DNA of 63,997 nt, counting the filler, from Dimargaris cristalligena (Eukaryota), in the NCBI GenBank assembly GCA_003614675.1. It is 7 parts of 7 records of this genome, joined end to end, with 100 filler letters (N's around TTAATTAATTAA, not from the genome) between each part and the next. Parts side by side here need not be neighbours in the genome. Positions count along the whole stretch, not along the records: positions 45,897 to 54,917 come from ML003291.1; positions 55,018 to 63,997 come from ML003293.1; 5 more parts are not named here. The stretch is one strand, 5' to 3'. The notes beneath the pieces were generated by a model. The model was given only the letters and a program-made list of their open reading frames with translations. It had not been told where the DNA came from and made no database searches. The position numbers were made by a program, and so were the translations under genes. Below are positions 50,701 through 61,677 of this stretch, in pieces. The first letter of the stretch is position 1. Each line of letters begins with the position of its first letter.

Positions 50701-53266
50701 CTGAACTCACCGGTCGTCGGTTCGACTGTACTACCCCGGAGGGTTTGACCCGTTGGATATCTGGGGCTCTACTCCGCTACCGCCTTAACGTTGACCAAAC
50801 TGCCGTGGTGGTGCATCTCTTGCACCGCCTTTTGTTTGGGCCCAGTGATGGTAATGCCGTTCGGGGTTCAGTCACCCTAGTCCACGGTCCGTTCGGGGCG
50901 GGTAAAAGCTACCTTATTGCGGTAACGGTAGTCCTTATCGATGAACTGCGCTCGCTGATCCTATCGAATCACCCTGAACATGATGCACTGAATTGGCGGG
51001 TGCTGATCACGTCCATGACGAACGTGGCAGTGGACCGTGTGCTTTTGGTGAGTATTTCTCTAGATCAACTGCCTAGTGTAACTCATTTAGTTTGAAAGGC
51101 ATTTGCCTAAAGATATCCTCGTTTTTGTATTAATGCCTATTTATCCGACCCTAACCTTGCCATATCATTCTATACCTGGGGCTCCCTTCCCGATCGCTTA
51201 TCCTGTAGGCGTTATTGGAGCAAGACTACGATCAATTCACTCGCATCGGCAGCCTCAAACGTATTGCCCGCCGTATCCTCCCCTACACGATCCGTTCGTC
51301 AGCCAGTGACCCCAGTGAGGACGTGAAAGACTTGGAAGCGATGCTCCGGGATCCCGGCATTGATAGGGACGAGGAGTGTTGGCTTCAACAGACTATCCAG
51401 AACTTCAAAACCCAGGAGCAGAGAAACCGCCTGGCCCAGTCCATCGTGGTGGGGGCTACGTGTCTGGCATCCAACCTGGATGTCCTGACCGAAAATCATT
51501 TCCCCATCGTTATTTTAGACGAGGCTAGTCAAGTGCCCGAACCGCTTGGTCTCATTCCAATCACGCGGTTTCAGGCCCGACACGTTGTGTTGGTCGGAGA
51601 CCCATTACAATTGCCCCCGACATTAACCACTTCAGCCTCACGCAATGTAACCTCATTGAACTGCGGTATTGGGAAGGAGGGTCGGAGCAACGACCTGAGT
51701 AGCTTGGGGGGTCTGGACCGTACCTTATTTGACCGACTTATTGAGGTTGGCTATTGTCCTATCTTCCTGCATACCCAATATCGCTGTCATCCGGCTATTG
51801 CGGAAACCTGTAACGACCTATTCTACCAGGGAAAACTAAAACATGGCGTGGGCCCCTCGGATCGACCGGCGCTACTGACCGGACTTCCCCCGGTTTGCTT
51901 CGTTGATGTCACTGGGAAAGAATGCCAAAAACCCTACTCTAAATCATACTATAACGTCCAGGAAATTACCGCGATTCTGCGGTTATTGGCTGCCGTGCTT
52001 CACAATGCCCCCGATACAGCGTCTGTTGGAGTCATTGCGCTATGTAAGTTACTTATATTCTGCCCATTGGCTACGCCCTGTACTCCTCAAACAATACTAA
52101 TTTGTGGTAAAGTTCTTTTAAAGAGTTAATCCAATCCCTGGGTGGAACTGGACAATCACTGCGACACCGACATTATTAGTATTGCCTAATTTAGTGGAGT
52201 CTTGCCTAAGTACTAGCTAGTTCGGAAACTAAAGAAGTAGCCCATTTTCAATACCCATCCGGCTTTTTACGTATTTTCCTGTCTAATAGATAAGGAGCAG
52301 GCGGACCGGCTCAGCAGCGGTATTGAACAACTAAGTCTAGCCCAGACACAGCGCTCGCGTATCCAGATTAGCACAGTTGACGCGTTCCAAGGCTCAGAAA
52401 AAGATGTGATTATTCTCTCCTGTGTACGCAGCGACCAGATTGGGTTTATCCAAAGTCCCCAGCGCATCAACGTGGCTCTTTCACGGGCGAAACACCATTT
52501 GGTGGTCTTTGGCCACCAGCCCCTCCTACTGAAGAACGACCTATGGCGGGCCATTCTCACCAAACACTGCCGTCCCCAAACTGTAGCCGACCAATCGGAG
52601 ACTGGCTTAATCGACTCGGCCCGTTTCAATCGGCTGTTACATTCATGGAAAGTTCCCCCTCCCCTCCATCCTCTGGCCCAGGTGGATGTGCCCATAGGAG
52701 GGGATACTGAGATGGAAGAGGGGTTGGAAATGAAGAAAGCTGACTCATGCTTCAATTCCGTTGGGGTTTACTCGGCGAATGAAAAAACGGGCCTGACCCT
52801 GGATGCTAACCGACACCTTGTTAAGCTGGGGCGTCACAGTGGCATTAAAGACTCGGAGATTATTTCCGATAAGGGGGAAGAGGTCGAGGTAGATGAAGAT
52901 CTACGATACTTGGTGGACTCTACCATAGATAATATATACACTGTAAAAGTCGATAGTGAGGTTCACTCCCAGGAATCACCGACACCCAGCGAAGATCCGA
53001 CTGATACAGCCAATGTAATTAGCCACTTTCCTGATTCGTTACTCTCGGATCCCACATTGTCCGGTGGATCAAGTTACCCCTACCCATCGTCTAACGTGGC
53101 TGATTTCCCGGACAGCCAAGAGGATCTGATTGAATTGTCCGATAGTGGCTTGAAACCCAGCCCAGCACCAGTGCCAGTTGAAATGGTACTCGATGCCAGT
53201 GATACCAGTGGCATGGATGAAATTGACGATGAGGACGACGATTTGCGGTATCTAGACATAAGTTAA
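47739..53266 (+). CDS. ZGRF1: ZGRF1-like 5'-3' DNA helicase (two DUF2439 domains plus an SF1B Upf1-like helicase), about 1329 aa, 8 exons
   Basis: Exons 47739-48065, 48337-48483, 48626-49075, 49281-49456, 49714-50318, 50575-51047, 51209-52043, 52290-53266; all GT-AG with consistent phases. DUF2439 motif LYTxQKTKKxKxWxDG occurs twice. ZGRF1-like blocks EHLQILL, YGKNDIWIIS, FFGPSS, NASTE. Helicase motifs HGPFGAGKS, LDEASQ, VGDPLQLPPT, QYRCHP, TVDAFQGSEKD, RINVALSRAK. Confidence 0.9.
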
Positions 53267-53673
53267 AAAATGCTATTTCGCTGGTATGTACTTATAACTC
53301 CACATCAGCTATAATAGAATAAAATGTATAGCATAATTACTTCGATTTTTGGAAATATTGAATTGAGCTCCCTTTATATGAGATTATAGGCCTAGAATGT
53401 TCCAAATTAGTTCTACTAAAAATGAATATAATTTCTAGGATAAAAATGGCATGTCCTCATACTACGCCTATCCTAGTGGTATTTAAATAAATATTGATAA
53501 TCCTTGTCATTTCATTAGCATTAGAAGTAACAATTTCTTAAAGTATAAATGGGAAGAGGTAAGTCTGGGTAAATGAATAAAAATAACAAAACAAGAGGTT
53601 GGAAACCCTTATTATGTTCAAATATGGTAAATCATCATCTGATATTATGTTCAAATTTTTTAAATGTGATAGG

Positions 53674-54245
53674 TGTCACCTGAGTTAACTACTCTTAGTC
53701 CATCAAGAGTCTTGGGGATAGGCTTCTAACAGTAGGTGGGGCTTAGACTCAGCCAAGTGGGCTACTAGTATTAGGATGGGGGCACAATACTAACTAATAA
53801 AGGATAAGCACAAGTATATGTGAGGGATATGCAGCAGGTACACTTACTAGTTAGTATAAGGGGGTGAGCATATATAGAGTTTATTGAGGTAAACTGGGGG
53901 GTATGAATAAGCTGAGGAATTGAACCAGTCCACAATGGGGCCTAGTTATATATGCATGGGGATAGCTCCAGAGGGAGGTCCCAAGGGGAGATACTACTAA
54001 ATTATGGTATAGACTGACTGGATGGCTTCATATCAGGAAGACTCTCATGGGAACTGGAAGAGTTGATGGATCAGCAGGTTAAGTGTTTAGTGTGAAACAT
54101 TGGGGTCAGAAGGAGAAGGGTTATATGATAACTGATGAGCCCATAGTACCGGGGGTGACTATAGGGGGTTAATATGGTACTATAAGGCCTAATAAGGGTG
54201 GATGATCATTAAGTCTGGATTTAGGTTAGATTAGGAGGGCCAACA
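53674..54245 (-). mobile_element. Solo LTR, family 1, with near-perfect 5-bp TSD (ATAGG/ATGGG)
   Basis: TGTCA...CAACA termini; homologous to the other family-1 copies. Confidence 0.85.
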
Positions 54246-54300
54246 ATGGGCATAACATATAGTAATAGATATTATGCATATATTCTATATGTAATACTAT

Positions 54301-54450
54301 AGGTGAAATTCAACTCAGCTGTATAAGGGTTAAAATGATATATGTGATAATAGGCATGAGACTAATTTTTAGCTAATAGTTTTATCTCTTCTATTGGCTT
54401 GTTTTTTAAAAAAAATATTCAATATGGGTAAGATTCAACCAGACTGTATA
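54301..54450. mobile_element. Two partial MITE-like copies (left arm at 54301, opposite-end arm at 54426)
   Basis: AGGTGAAATTCAACTCAGCTGTATAAGG and ATAT-GGGTAAGATTCAACCAGACTGTATA. Confidence 0.6.
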
Positions 54451-54483
54451 TAGCAAGACCTCACCCAAGCTAGACCATATAAC

Positions 54484-54817
54484 TGTTGGCCTTTCTAATC
54501 CACCTTAATCTGGACACCAGGCTGTCTGCCCTGATTAGGCCTTATAGCACTATACTAACCTTCCCATAGTCAACCCCAGTACTATGGGATCACCCTATAT
54601 CACATAACCCTTCCCCTTCCAGACTCCAGCTCTTTGCACTAATCACTCAGCATGCTGATTCAAGGACTCTTCCAGTTACCCTGAGAGTCTTCTGGATACT
54701 AGTAGCTGTCTGGTTGGCCAATTCTCACTATATACCTTAGTTATCCATAGTCTTCCCTTGGAACCTCCCTCTGGAGTTGTCCCCATATATATATAAACAG
54801 GCCCCCTTGGGACTGGT
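54484..54817 (+). mobile_element. LTR family 1, 5' portion, interrupted by a nested insertion
   Basis: Starts TGTTGGCCTTTCTAATC; homology stops abruptly at 54817. Confidence 0.8.
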
Positions 54818-54917
54818 TGTGGTGAACTTACCACATTTTTTACCTACTTTTATTTTTTATCTATTTTTCGCGCTTATCGGAAGTACACCCCTGATGAGTG
54901 AATGAGCCCCTGCCCCT
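54818..54917 (+). mobile_element. Start of a family-2-like LTR nested in the family-1 LTR; truncated by the contig end
   Basis: TGTGGTGAACTTACCACATTTT... resembles the reverse complement of 30225-30273; retains CpGs. Confidence 0.55.
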
Positions 54918-55017
54918 NNNNNNNNNNNNNNNNNNNNNNNNNNNNNNNNNNNNNNNNNNNNTTAATTAATTAANNNNNNNNNNNNNNNNNNNNNNNNNNN
55001 NNNNNNNNNNNNNNNNN
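54918..55017. other. Artificial contig linker
   Basis: N44-TTAATTAATTAA-N44. Confidence 0.99.
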
Positions 55018-55018
55018 C

Positions 55019-56803
55019 TGCATTCAGCTCGCCCAATCCATAGCCCGCCTGGTCCACCGCTGCCAAGTAGACTACGAAACCAATCTACGCCAGGTCCACG
55101 ATATCTGGCGGGAAACCTTCAAGGATACCCTAGAACAGCACGGGTCAGCGATTACCGACCCCCATAGCGAGCTCTTGATCCTACTGGCCACCGGCACTAC
55201 TTCCCCGGGGACGTCCGCCTTCCTTTTGTCCACCTTAAAAACCAAAGGATTGCGGAAATGGATCAAAACTTTGGAGAATGGCTACACCGCCATACGGGAT
55301 CATCTGGCTCTAGCCATCAAACCCAGCTGTGAGCGGCTGCTGGTGTTATTTACGGAACTTTGGGGGTACACCCGAGGGGTCTTTGAACAGCATCCCCTGG
55401 TTCTCGATAAAGCCGGGGTGGAGCGGTGCTTTATTCTCGTTGGTTGGCTTTTGGGTCGGATCCAGGAATTATCAAACTTCATCGATATTGACTGGGCCCA
55501 GGCCCAGGGATTCGCTGACTGGATTGGTGGAACCATTACTTATTTGACCGAGACTGATGCCGTTGAGGATGAGACCGAGCGACATCACCTCCCGCAGGTG
55601 GATCCTTCCCAGATTCTGGATTATCTCCACCATTCATTATTCAATCACGGCCTCGAGTCCGCGGTGTTGGATGTGTTTAAGGGCGATGGATCAACCGAAA
55701 CAGCGGCCTTTTTTGACAGAGTGTTTCACCAATCCGCTGGCTTAGACCCCCTGGCCAAAGATCCGGCAACCTGCTCAGGGCAAATCCTACCTTTCTTATT
55801 TGCCCAACCTCACCTCCCCCAGGTCCAGGTGCACTCTCTGTGTCCCAATAGCACCCAGATCCACCAAGGGAAAGGTATTCCGGGCATGCAGGGAACGCTG
55901 CGTTATTTGACGGAACAGTTAACCGACTTGTTTTCCCAGCCTGCTACCCGGATTGCCCACTCTTTACGTCCAGTTTACCATGTCGAAATACCTCTTCCGT
56001 GGAAAACTGACGCGGCCGAACCCGCGGTTCCATCATTAACGGTCGATGCCTTCGCAGTTACCGGCCCCTCCGGGCCTGCAACCCAACTTTACTGGCTATC
56101 CGATCGCCGGGATCCCCGTCGATCTAGCGCTACTGGACCCACTCCGTCCAACTCCGCTTATATTATCCGGTACCAACCTCCGCCCATCCCGGGTTGGCCC
56201 GACACGAGCACTCGACTAACCCCTCGACTAGAATCGATCGCCCTCGCGGATGAAGCGACCCACTACACCCCACCCCCGGGACCTTTTCCCAGTGTGGCCC
56301 TGGCGCGCGTTCCGCTAATTAGTGAGGTGAATCTCGGCGATTCCGAGGCCCGGTCCCACCGCCTCACCTGGCATTGCGTCGATGCCACGTTCTATAACCA
56401 AGATACCGTGCTCTGTCTGGCGCAGGGCCGTAGCACCCCGCCTTCTTCAGGAGCCAAAATGGCGGCCCTCTTCCAGGCCAAGATCACCGCGCCCCATACC
56501 GTGTACTCTAACTGGGAAATACGTCCCAATCCGGACCCCAGTGGAACTATTCCTACCTACCGACTCCCAACTTCCTGTGACCAGTGGCTCGACCAAGCTG
56601 GTCCAGCCTCTAGTGAAAACACTCTGCCGGTGATCCGGGTGCGTCAATTAAAACGAAACCAGTTGGGTAAGATCGCCGCCAACGGTCGGGAGAATCGGGA
56701 AGTGCTCTGTGCCGTGTCTCGATCTGGCCGTAAAGCAACCCTTATGGAAGTGGCCGATATTGAATCTGATGACGACGGGGACTCGGATGAGGGCTCTGAG
56801 TGA
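55019..56803 (+). CDS. APC4: Anaphase-promoting complex subunit 4, C-terminal part (5'-truncated)
   Basis: Frame open from the contig start. Apc4 helical-domain pattern ELLILLATG..S....FL...L..KGLRKW......Y.........PSCERLL....EL.G. C-terminal ANGR..REVLCAVS..GRK motif and acidic tail. Confidence 0.8.
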   Translation, partial: CIQLAQSIARLVHRCQVDYETNLRQVHDIWRETFKDTLEQHGSAITDPHSELLILLATGTTSPGTSAFLLSTLKTKGLRKWIKTLENGYTAIRDHLALAIKPSCERLLVLFTELWGYTRGVFEQHPLVLDKAGVERCFILVGWLLGRIQELSNFIDIDWAQAQGFADWIGGTITYLTETDAVEDETERHHLPQVDPSQILDYLHHSLFNHGLESAVLDVFKGDGSTETAAFFDRVFHQSAGLDPLAKDPATCSGQILPFLFAQPHLPQVQVHSLCPNSTQIHQGKGIPGMQGTLRYLTEQLTDLFSQPATRIAHSLRPVYHVEIPLPWKTDAAEPAVPSLTVDAFAVTGPSGPATQLYWLSDRRDPRRSSATGPTPSNSAYIIRYQPPPIPGWPDTSTRLTPRLESIALADEATHYTPPPGPFPSVALARVPLISEVNLGDSEARSHRLTWHCVDATFYNQDTVLCLAQGRSTPPSSGAKMAALFQAKITAPHTVYSNWEIRPNPDPSGTIPTYRLPTSCDQWLDQAGPASSENTLPVIRVRQLKRNQLGKIAANGRENREVLCAVSRSGRKATLMEVADIESDDDGDSDEGSE

Positions 56804-57189
56804 AACCAAAAGGCAACTAATCTCTATGACCAGATATTGGATCTCCTAAAGGAAGTGCGTGTTTTGCGGTTTCCTATTTATTTGGCTTAGGTATTGAATA
56901 AATTCATCTCACTAAGTATGGCCATATCATTTCCATTCGAGAACGGCGTATAGTATGCCTTTTATTGGATAATTATGCGGTTACCAAAGGATCCTGGATT
57001 AACCAGTGCCAAAGTTTATTGGGTATGACAATGCCCATTAGAACCATAACAAGGCCCCTTTGGCCTTTGCTAAGTATCCCTCTAGAATCGCATCATCTAA
57101 ACAGTATCTACATGATCACTTATTATTGATATTATTTTTTTAAAATAAACTGTACGTTTTAAATCAAGTGCGAGGAATAACCGTGATGT

Positions 57190-59754
57190 TTAGACTGGAC
57201 GCTTGGGGGTGGCATTAGGATCGTCGTCCTCAGTTTGATCAAAATCGATGAATTGATTATCGGAAAGCAATCGTCCCTCATCGTCGCCGAGTTCCACCGC
57301 CAGGGGATTAGTCCAGGTGGGATTAGTATCGACCTCGTCGGAGGTTTGGTTCAATGGTGGTGGGATTCGGTCAATTAGTTCGTTGATTCGGTCGTTTGAA
57401 ATCGGGGTCACCACGGCTAGCTCCGACGGATAGAATCGCTCGTGATTATCCAGAATCCGTTTAATTTTACGCTGGGACGTATGGTCCAGATGGATATGCC
57501 GGGCCTGAATCTCCTCGAGTAGGGTCTCGATGTACAGGGGTAGAACATGGTGGCAGCCCAGCGCCCGGATAAGGGCCATGTAACTGAGTTGGGCCATGGG
57601 TAAGTGCCGATCCCGGACCTGTTGCCATAACTTCAGAATCGTATCCGTGTGGTAAAAATTGTTGATGCCCAGCGAGTTGAAGGTGATGGTTAGAATGGCA
57701 TGGGTAGGTTGGCTCGTATTGGGAAGGACCAGGTTAAATAGTTCGGGCCGACAGGGATCGGTAGGCATACCGGAGTAAGAATCGATAAGGGAGCCGTCAG
57801 CCAGGCCCCCCGCAGTCAGAGTATGGACCGAGTTGTTGGAGTTCACTAGATGGGGCTGATAGATGGGAATCGGCGGTCCACTGTCGCCATCATTCGTTGC
57901 CTGATCGACCCGGTTTTCGTAAAGCTTGTGTATGAGATAGTCGTAGTATCGAATGACTGTGACGCCGTCCCCCACGAAATTAAAGGCATTCATGATAGCC
58001 CCGTATATGGTGATGGGGATGGGGATGCGGTCGAACTGGAGCCGCCGTACGAGGGCGGTCCATACGGATACTTTGCGTAGCATTCCGTAGCCGACCAACA
58101 GTACGAGGTAGATGGCCGGGTGGGGTTCGGGGTGGCGCTCCTCGATCCGTTTAAGGGCCCGTACCACGGCGTCGAGGTTCTTGACCTGGAAACAGGAGCG
58201 AACATACATGAGGAGAACCGATAACGGTAGTTGCTCATGGTGGTGATGGTAAAGCCGGTCCATGACGGAATGGAAAGTCTGGGGACTAAGCACTTGGTTA
58301 TAGACATCGAGCAATCGCATGACCAGATTCACGTCGAATTGGAATTTCTCGGGGTGGGCTTCGGCGTTCTCAACGAGTTGTTGGGCGACCGGGGAGTCGG
58401 AATTGAGCATATTGATTTGCATCACGACTGGTAAGAGATATGAATTAACCGAGGTGCCCTTACCCTTGATGCGCTCCAAGTACTCGGCCACTTCGCTTTG
58501 TTTGCCTTGGAGCAACAGGCCACGCAGGACGACCGTGTAAAAACCAGCGTCACCCTGTAGTGACCGCCATTTGGTGACCAGGCGATTGAAGTCGGGCCAT
58601 GCCCTTAGGCGGGTAAGGGCATGGAGAATATTGGTGCGGCCTACGACCGATCGCGCTAGCGCTTTACGCCACGGATAATGTTCGGTAATAAGGCCCAGGA
58701 GTTCCTGAATTAGATCAACTCGGTCATAGACGGCGAAGCCATGTACCAGCATACTGATCAATTGAATGTTTGCCCGCATGTTTGATTGCATGTAATCCTG
58801 TAAAAGGGGGATGATTCGATCCAATTTCCCCCGCTCCAAGTCATAGCGCAGCAATAGTGTGAAACCGAGGGGGTCGAGGGGTTCCCGCTGGGCAGCGGTC
58901 CAGGCCTGCAATAGTTCGTCCATTTGGGCCCAGTCGTGGGCCTCGGCCAGTTGGAGGATGCGGTGGTTGAGGTAGTGGGCCGGTATCCGCACCTGGTGGA
59001 TTTCCATAAACTGATAAAGTCCGCAGGTTTGTTCTTCGTTGCATAAATAGACCAAGCGTCCCAAGGTGCTTGGGTCGGCGGGGAGATAGGTATCGGGGTG
59101 GTCGAGAATCTTAGTTAAAGTGGGGTGTTGCTGGATACTAGTGACAAACCGAGGTACTAGGGTAGCCTCCGGGTCGGTGCTCGCCACGCGCAAGCAATAG
59201 ATTTGCTTGGAAGCGAGTATATTGGTGGGCCAGCCATGGAATAAGTACATAATGTTGAGGTACCCGAGCCATTCGGTTGGGGTAGCCCACTTGGCTACGT
59301 CAAGAAAACAGTCATAGTATTCTTGTTCCAGTCGGGTCCGATAGGCCAGGGGATCTACGGCTAGTGGCTGGATTTTTTGGAGGACCTGTGGGGCGTGTTT
59401 GAGCAGAAGCTGTTGCATGACCTGCTCAAAGAGTGCCAGGGAATCCACTCGCCCGACTCCCACTGGGCCAGCATTGGCCTGGCTAGGGTAAATCGTGGGG
59501 GTTGGGGGGCGCTGGGCTTCGTTTTCAAGGTCAAGGTTGGGGGTTGGCGGTTGGGTGGGGAAAAGAAACCCCAAGTCAAACAATTTGACCTGATTGCGTC
59601 CGGGCGGTCGCCGTTGGGAACGGACATGGGCATGGGCCAGGCAGCAGGCCGGACCAGTGGTGAATGATCGCGTATAGCAGCATGGAGCAGAAGCAACCCG
59701 GAATTGGGTGCGAACCGACCACCCCCAGGAACCTATCGCCCGTGTGGGATTCAT
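57190..59754 (-). CDS. Pentatricopeptide-repeat-like protein, probably mitochondrial, 854 aa
   Basis: Arg/Ser/Thr-rich presequence-like N-terminus. Repeated ~35-aa helical units (FTLLLRYD, ISMLVHGFA, YTVVLRGLL, YLVLLVGYG, YGAIMNAFN, YMALIRALG). Confidence 0.8.
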   Translation of the reverse strand: MNPTRAIGSWGWSVRTQFRVASAPCCYTRSFTTGPACCLAHAHVRSQRRPPGRNQVKLFDLGFLFPTQPPTPNLDLENEAQRPPTPTIYPSQANAGPVGVGRVDSLALFEQVMQQLLLKHAPQVLQKIQPLAVDPLAYRTRLEQEYYDCFLDVAKWATPTEWLGYLNIMYLFHGWPTNILASKQIYCLRVASTDPEATLVPRFVTSIQQHPTLTKILDHPDTYLPADPSTLGRLVYLCNEEQTCGLYQFMEIHQVRIPAHYLNHRILQLAEAHDWAQMDELLQAWTAAQREPLDPLGFTLLLRYDLERGKLDRIIPLLQDYMQSNMRANIQLISMLVHGFAVYDRVDLIQELLGLITEHYPWRKALARSVVGRTNILHALTRLRAWPDFNRLVTKWRSLQGDAGFYTVVLRGLLLQGKQSEVAEYLERIKGKGTSVNSYLLPVVMQINMLNSDSPVAQQLVENAEAHPEKFQFDVNLVMRLLDVYNQVLSPQTFHSVMDRLYHHHHEQLPLSVLLMYVRSCFQVKNLDAVVRALKRIEERHPEPHPAIYLVLLVGYGMLRKVSVWTALVRRLQFDRIPIPITIYGAIMNAFNFVGDGVTVIRYYDYLIHKLYENRVDQATNDGDSGPPIPIYQPHLVNSNNSVHTLTAGGLADGSLIDSYSGMPTDPCRPELFNLVLPNTSQPTHAILTITFNSLGINNFYHTDTILKLWQQVRDRHLPMAQLSYMALIRALGCHHVLPLYIETLLEEIQARHIHLDHTSQRKIKRILDNHERFYPSELAVVTPISNDRINELIDRIPPPLNQTSDEVDTNPTWTNPLAVELGDDEGRLLSDNQFIDFDQTEDDDPNATPKRPV

Positions 59755-61305
59755 ACGATTGGACCAGCCGGAACGATCGGCAAATAGATATTACCAAGTA
59801 TAGGGCTAATTATGCACAAGTAAAAACCGAAACAATAAAATCGAAGAGACACTGGGATCTATGGTCCGAGCCTATATGATAGGGCGGGAATGGGATGAAT
59901 CCGCGGCCTATGCTCCTGAATCAAAATCTGCTATGCGTCTGTCTACTTTCATTGATAAGTGGCAACCGCCCGCTTAGGGATTAATTGACGACTAATAAGC
60001 GATATCGTTACTAGCCTAGTTCTTTACTATATAGTTAAATCTTAATGCAACTGCATAAAAATATTAAAAATTTATAACCCGCTTAATGTTCCATCAACAT
60101 TTCATTGACATAAATTGCCCTTTTCAACGTAATGATTGTTATATAAAATCAGTCTCTATTCGCTACGCCAAAAGTAGTTGGTACGGAAAATAATATCCAT
60201 AGCCGCTCCTTGAGGATTGTGTACAAATATGAAATAGATTTTCGAAAAGGGGAATTGTAGCTGGGTATGGAAGACGAATAACAGTATTTCTAACTAAGGT
60301 ATTACATCTATTTCAAAAAAGTGGTGCAAATGAATGTGGCTTACCAATGTTCCCCCAATTCTTTGAGATTTTGTCTTCCTAGCATACTTTCAAATATTGA
60401 AAGATCTGACTTTACTGAATTTCAGTAGATAAAGCCCTTACTGGCCCCAAATCACACATTAGTATCTTTGTAGGTATCTACATCCATAGCTTACATATAA
60501 CGTATATTTGCAAAGATGGTCATTTTATATCTGTTTATGTCTATTAACCCCAATCTAGCAAACTCGCTAGACCCATATATCAATGGTCCCATAAACTGGA
60601 TTGTACGTCACCATCCCTCCTTTGCAACTCTTCAGTCCTAATCAATTTGGCGGTACCTACTATCCGTTAGGCCGCAGTAAGCTATCGGGCCGCCACCACC
60701 CTCACCCTATAACTAATACTATTCGCGATTGCCTAGCAAAGGCTTTTTGGTTCGTTGTATATAGCCATCTACTCGGTATCAATTGCTTTTTACCGGGGAT
60801 GCCTTGAATAACCCGTAAGAGAATACTGATAACAATCACTCGGTATATACAGGGATGGCCATATTTTTGTACAAGAGTATTGAAACTATTAACTCAACTA
60901 TGTCTCAAAACCAACCTAGTTGTAGAGACTGCTACGTTGATTCACCAAAATTCTTTACTTCAGCAAGTTTAGCGAATGATAGGTGTATTTGGTTACAGAC
61001 AGTGCTAAATCGGGTTGGCTAATAAGTTTACAACATAAAAGTACACCCAGCTTCGGAAATACGGAGAAAAAGGAGAATAGCGGGAAATACCGAATTGATG
61101 GAGCGGAGTGAGCGGGCTTGGCCTATAAAAGGGTGATAGTAATCGGCCAACAAAGCTATTGGCCGTTCTTCCGATGACACCAAAAGAAAGAACCCTGAGT
61201 TGACTACTGTAGTCGACCAAATCGGCCGAAATCAGTTTTTATGATCATCTACCCCTTTCTAGCGAGCAATCCTTAGTCTCAGAATTGAATGACGGTTCAA
61301 TATGG

Positions 61306-61677
61306 CTATATCATACAATGGAAGTACGAATTTCGACGAGTGGGGTTACTAGACTAGACCACCATTACTGTACCCACGTTGGCCTTCTCCGACTCAGGCG
61401 TCTGGGGAATTTGGGTCATGGGTCTAGGAAAAATTGAAGCCGGTCTGGCAGGTGATACCCTACCACTTAGCTTTACTACGGCACCAACACCATTTAATAC
61501 GCACTAAAAAGCCCTGTCCGCGACTTTGGTTGAGGGTGAAGGGCTACATCGGTGAAGGTGCATGATTTGAAAATGGCTATCCCCTGGGCCACGAGACATG
61601 TTGGCTCTGGCATTAGTTAGAGTACCAACAGCAGCGGTCAGGGCGAGTAAAGTAAGGAACAGCATGGTAAGATACAT
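61306..61677 (-). pseudogene. Secreted-protein pseudogene (or a 57-aa secreted peptide)
   Basis: Signal peptide MYLTMLFLTLLALTAAVGTLTNA. The frame is interrupted by TAG at 61506-61504, stays open for 49 codons, then has TAG at 61356-61354. Confidence 0.5.

Noticed and set aside
15141..54450. 136-bp repeat or 59-bp tandem unit as a CRISPR-like array
   Set aside because: The 136-bp copies are dispersed on different contigs and both strands. The 59-bp units have no unique spacers. No cas genes, and the context is eukaryotic.
9107..55017. Regularly spaced TTAATTAATTAA motif every ~9.1 kb
   Set aside because: Artificial contig-joining linker. The periodicity reflects size-sorted contigs, and ORFs containing X residues are artefacts.
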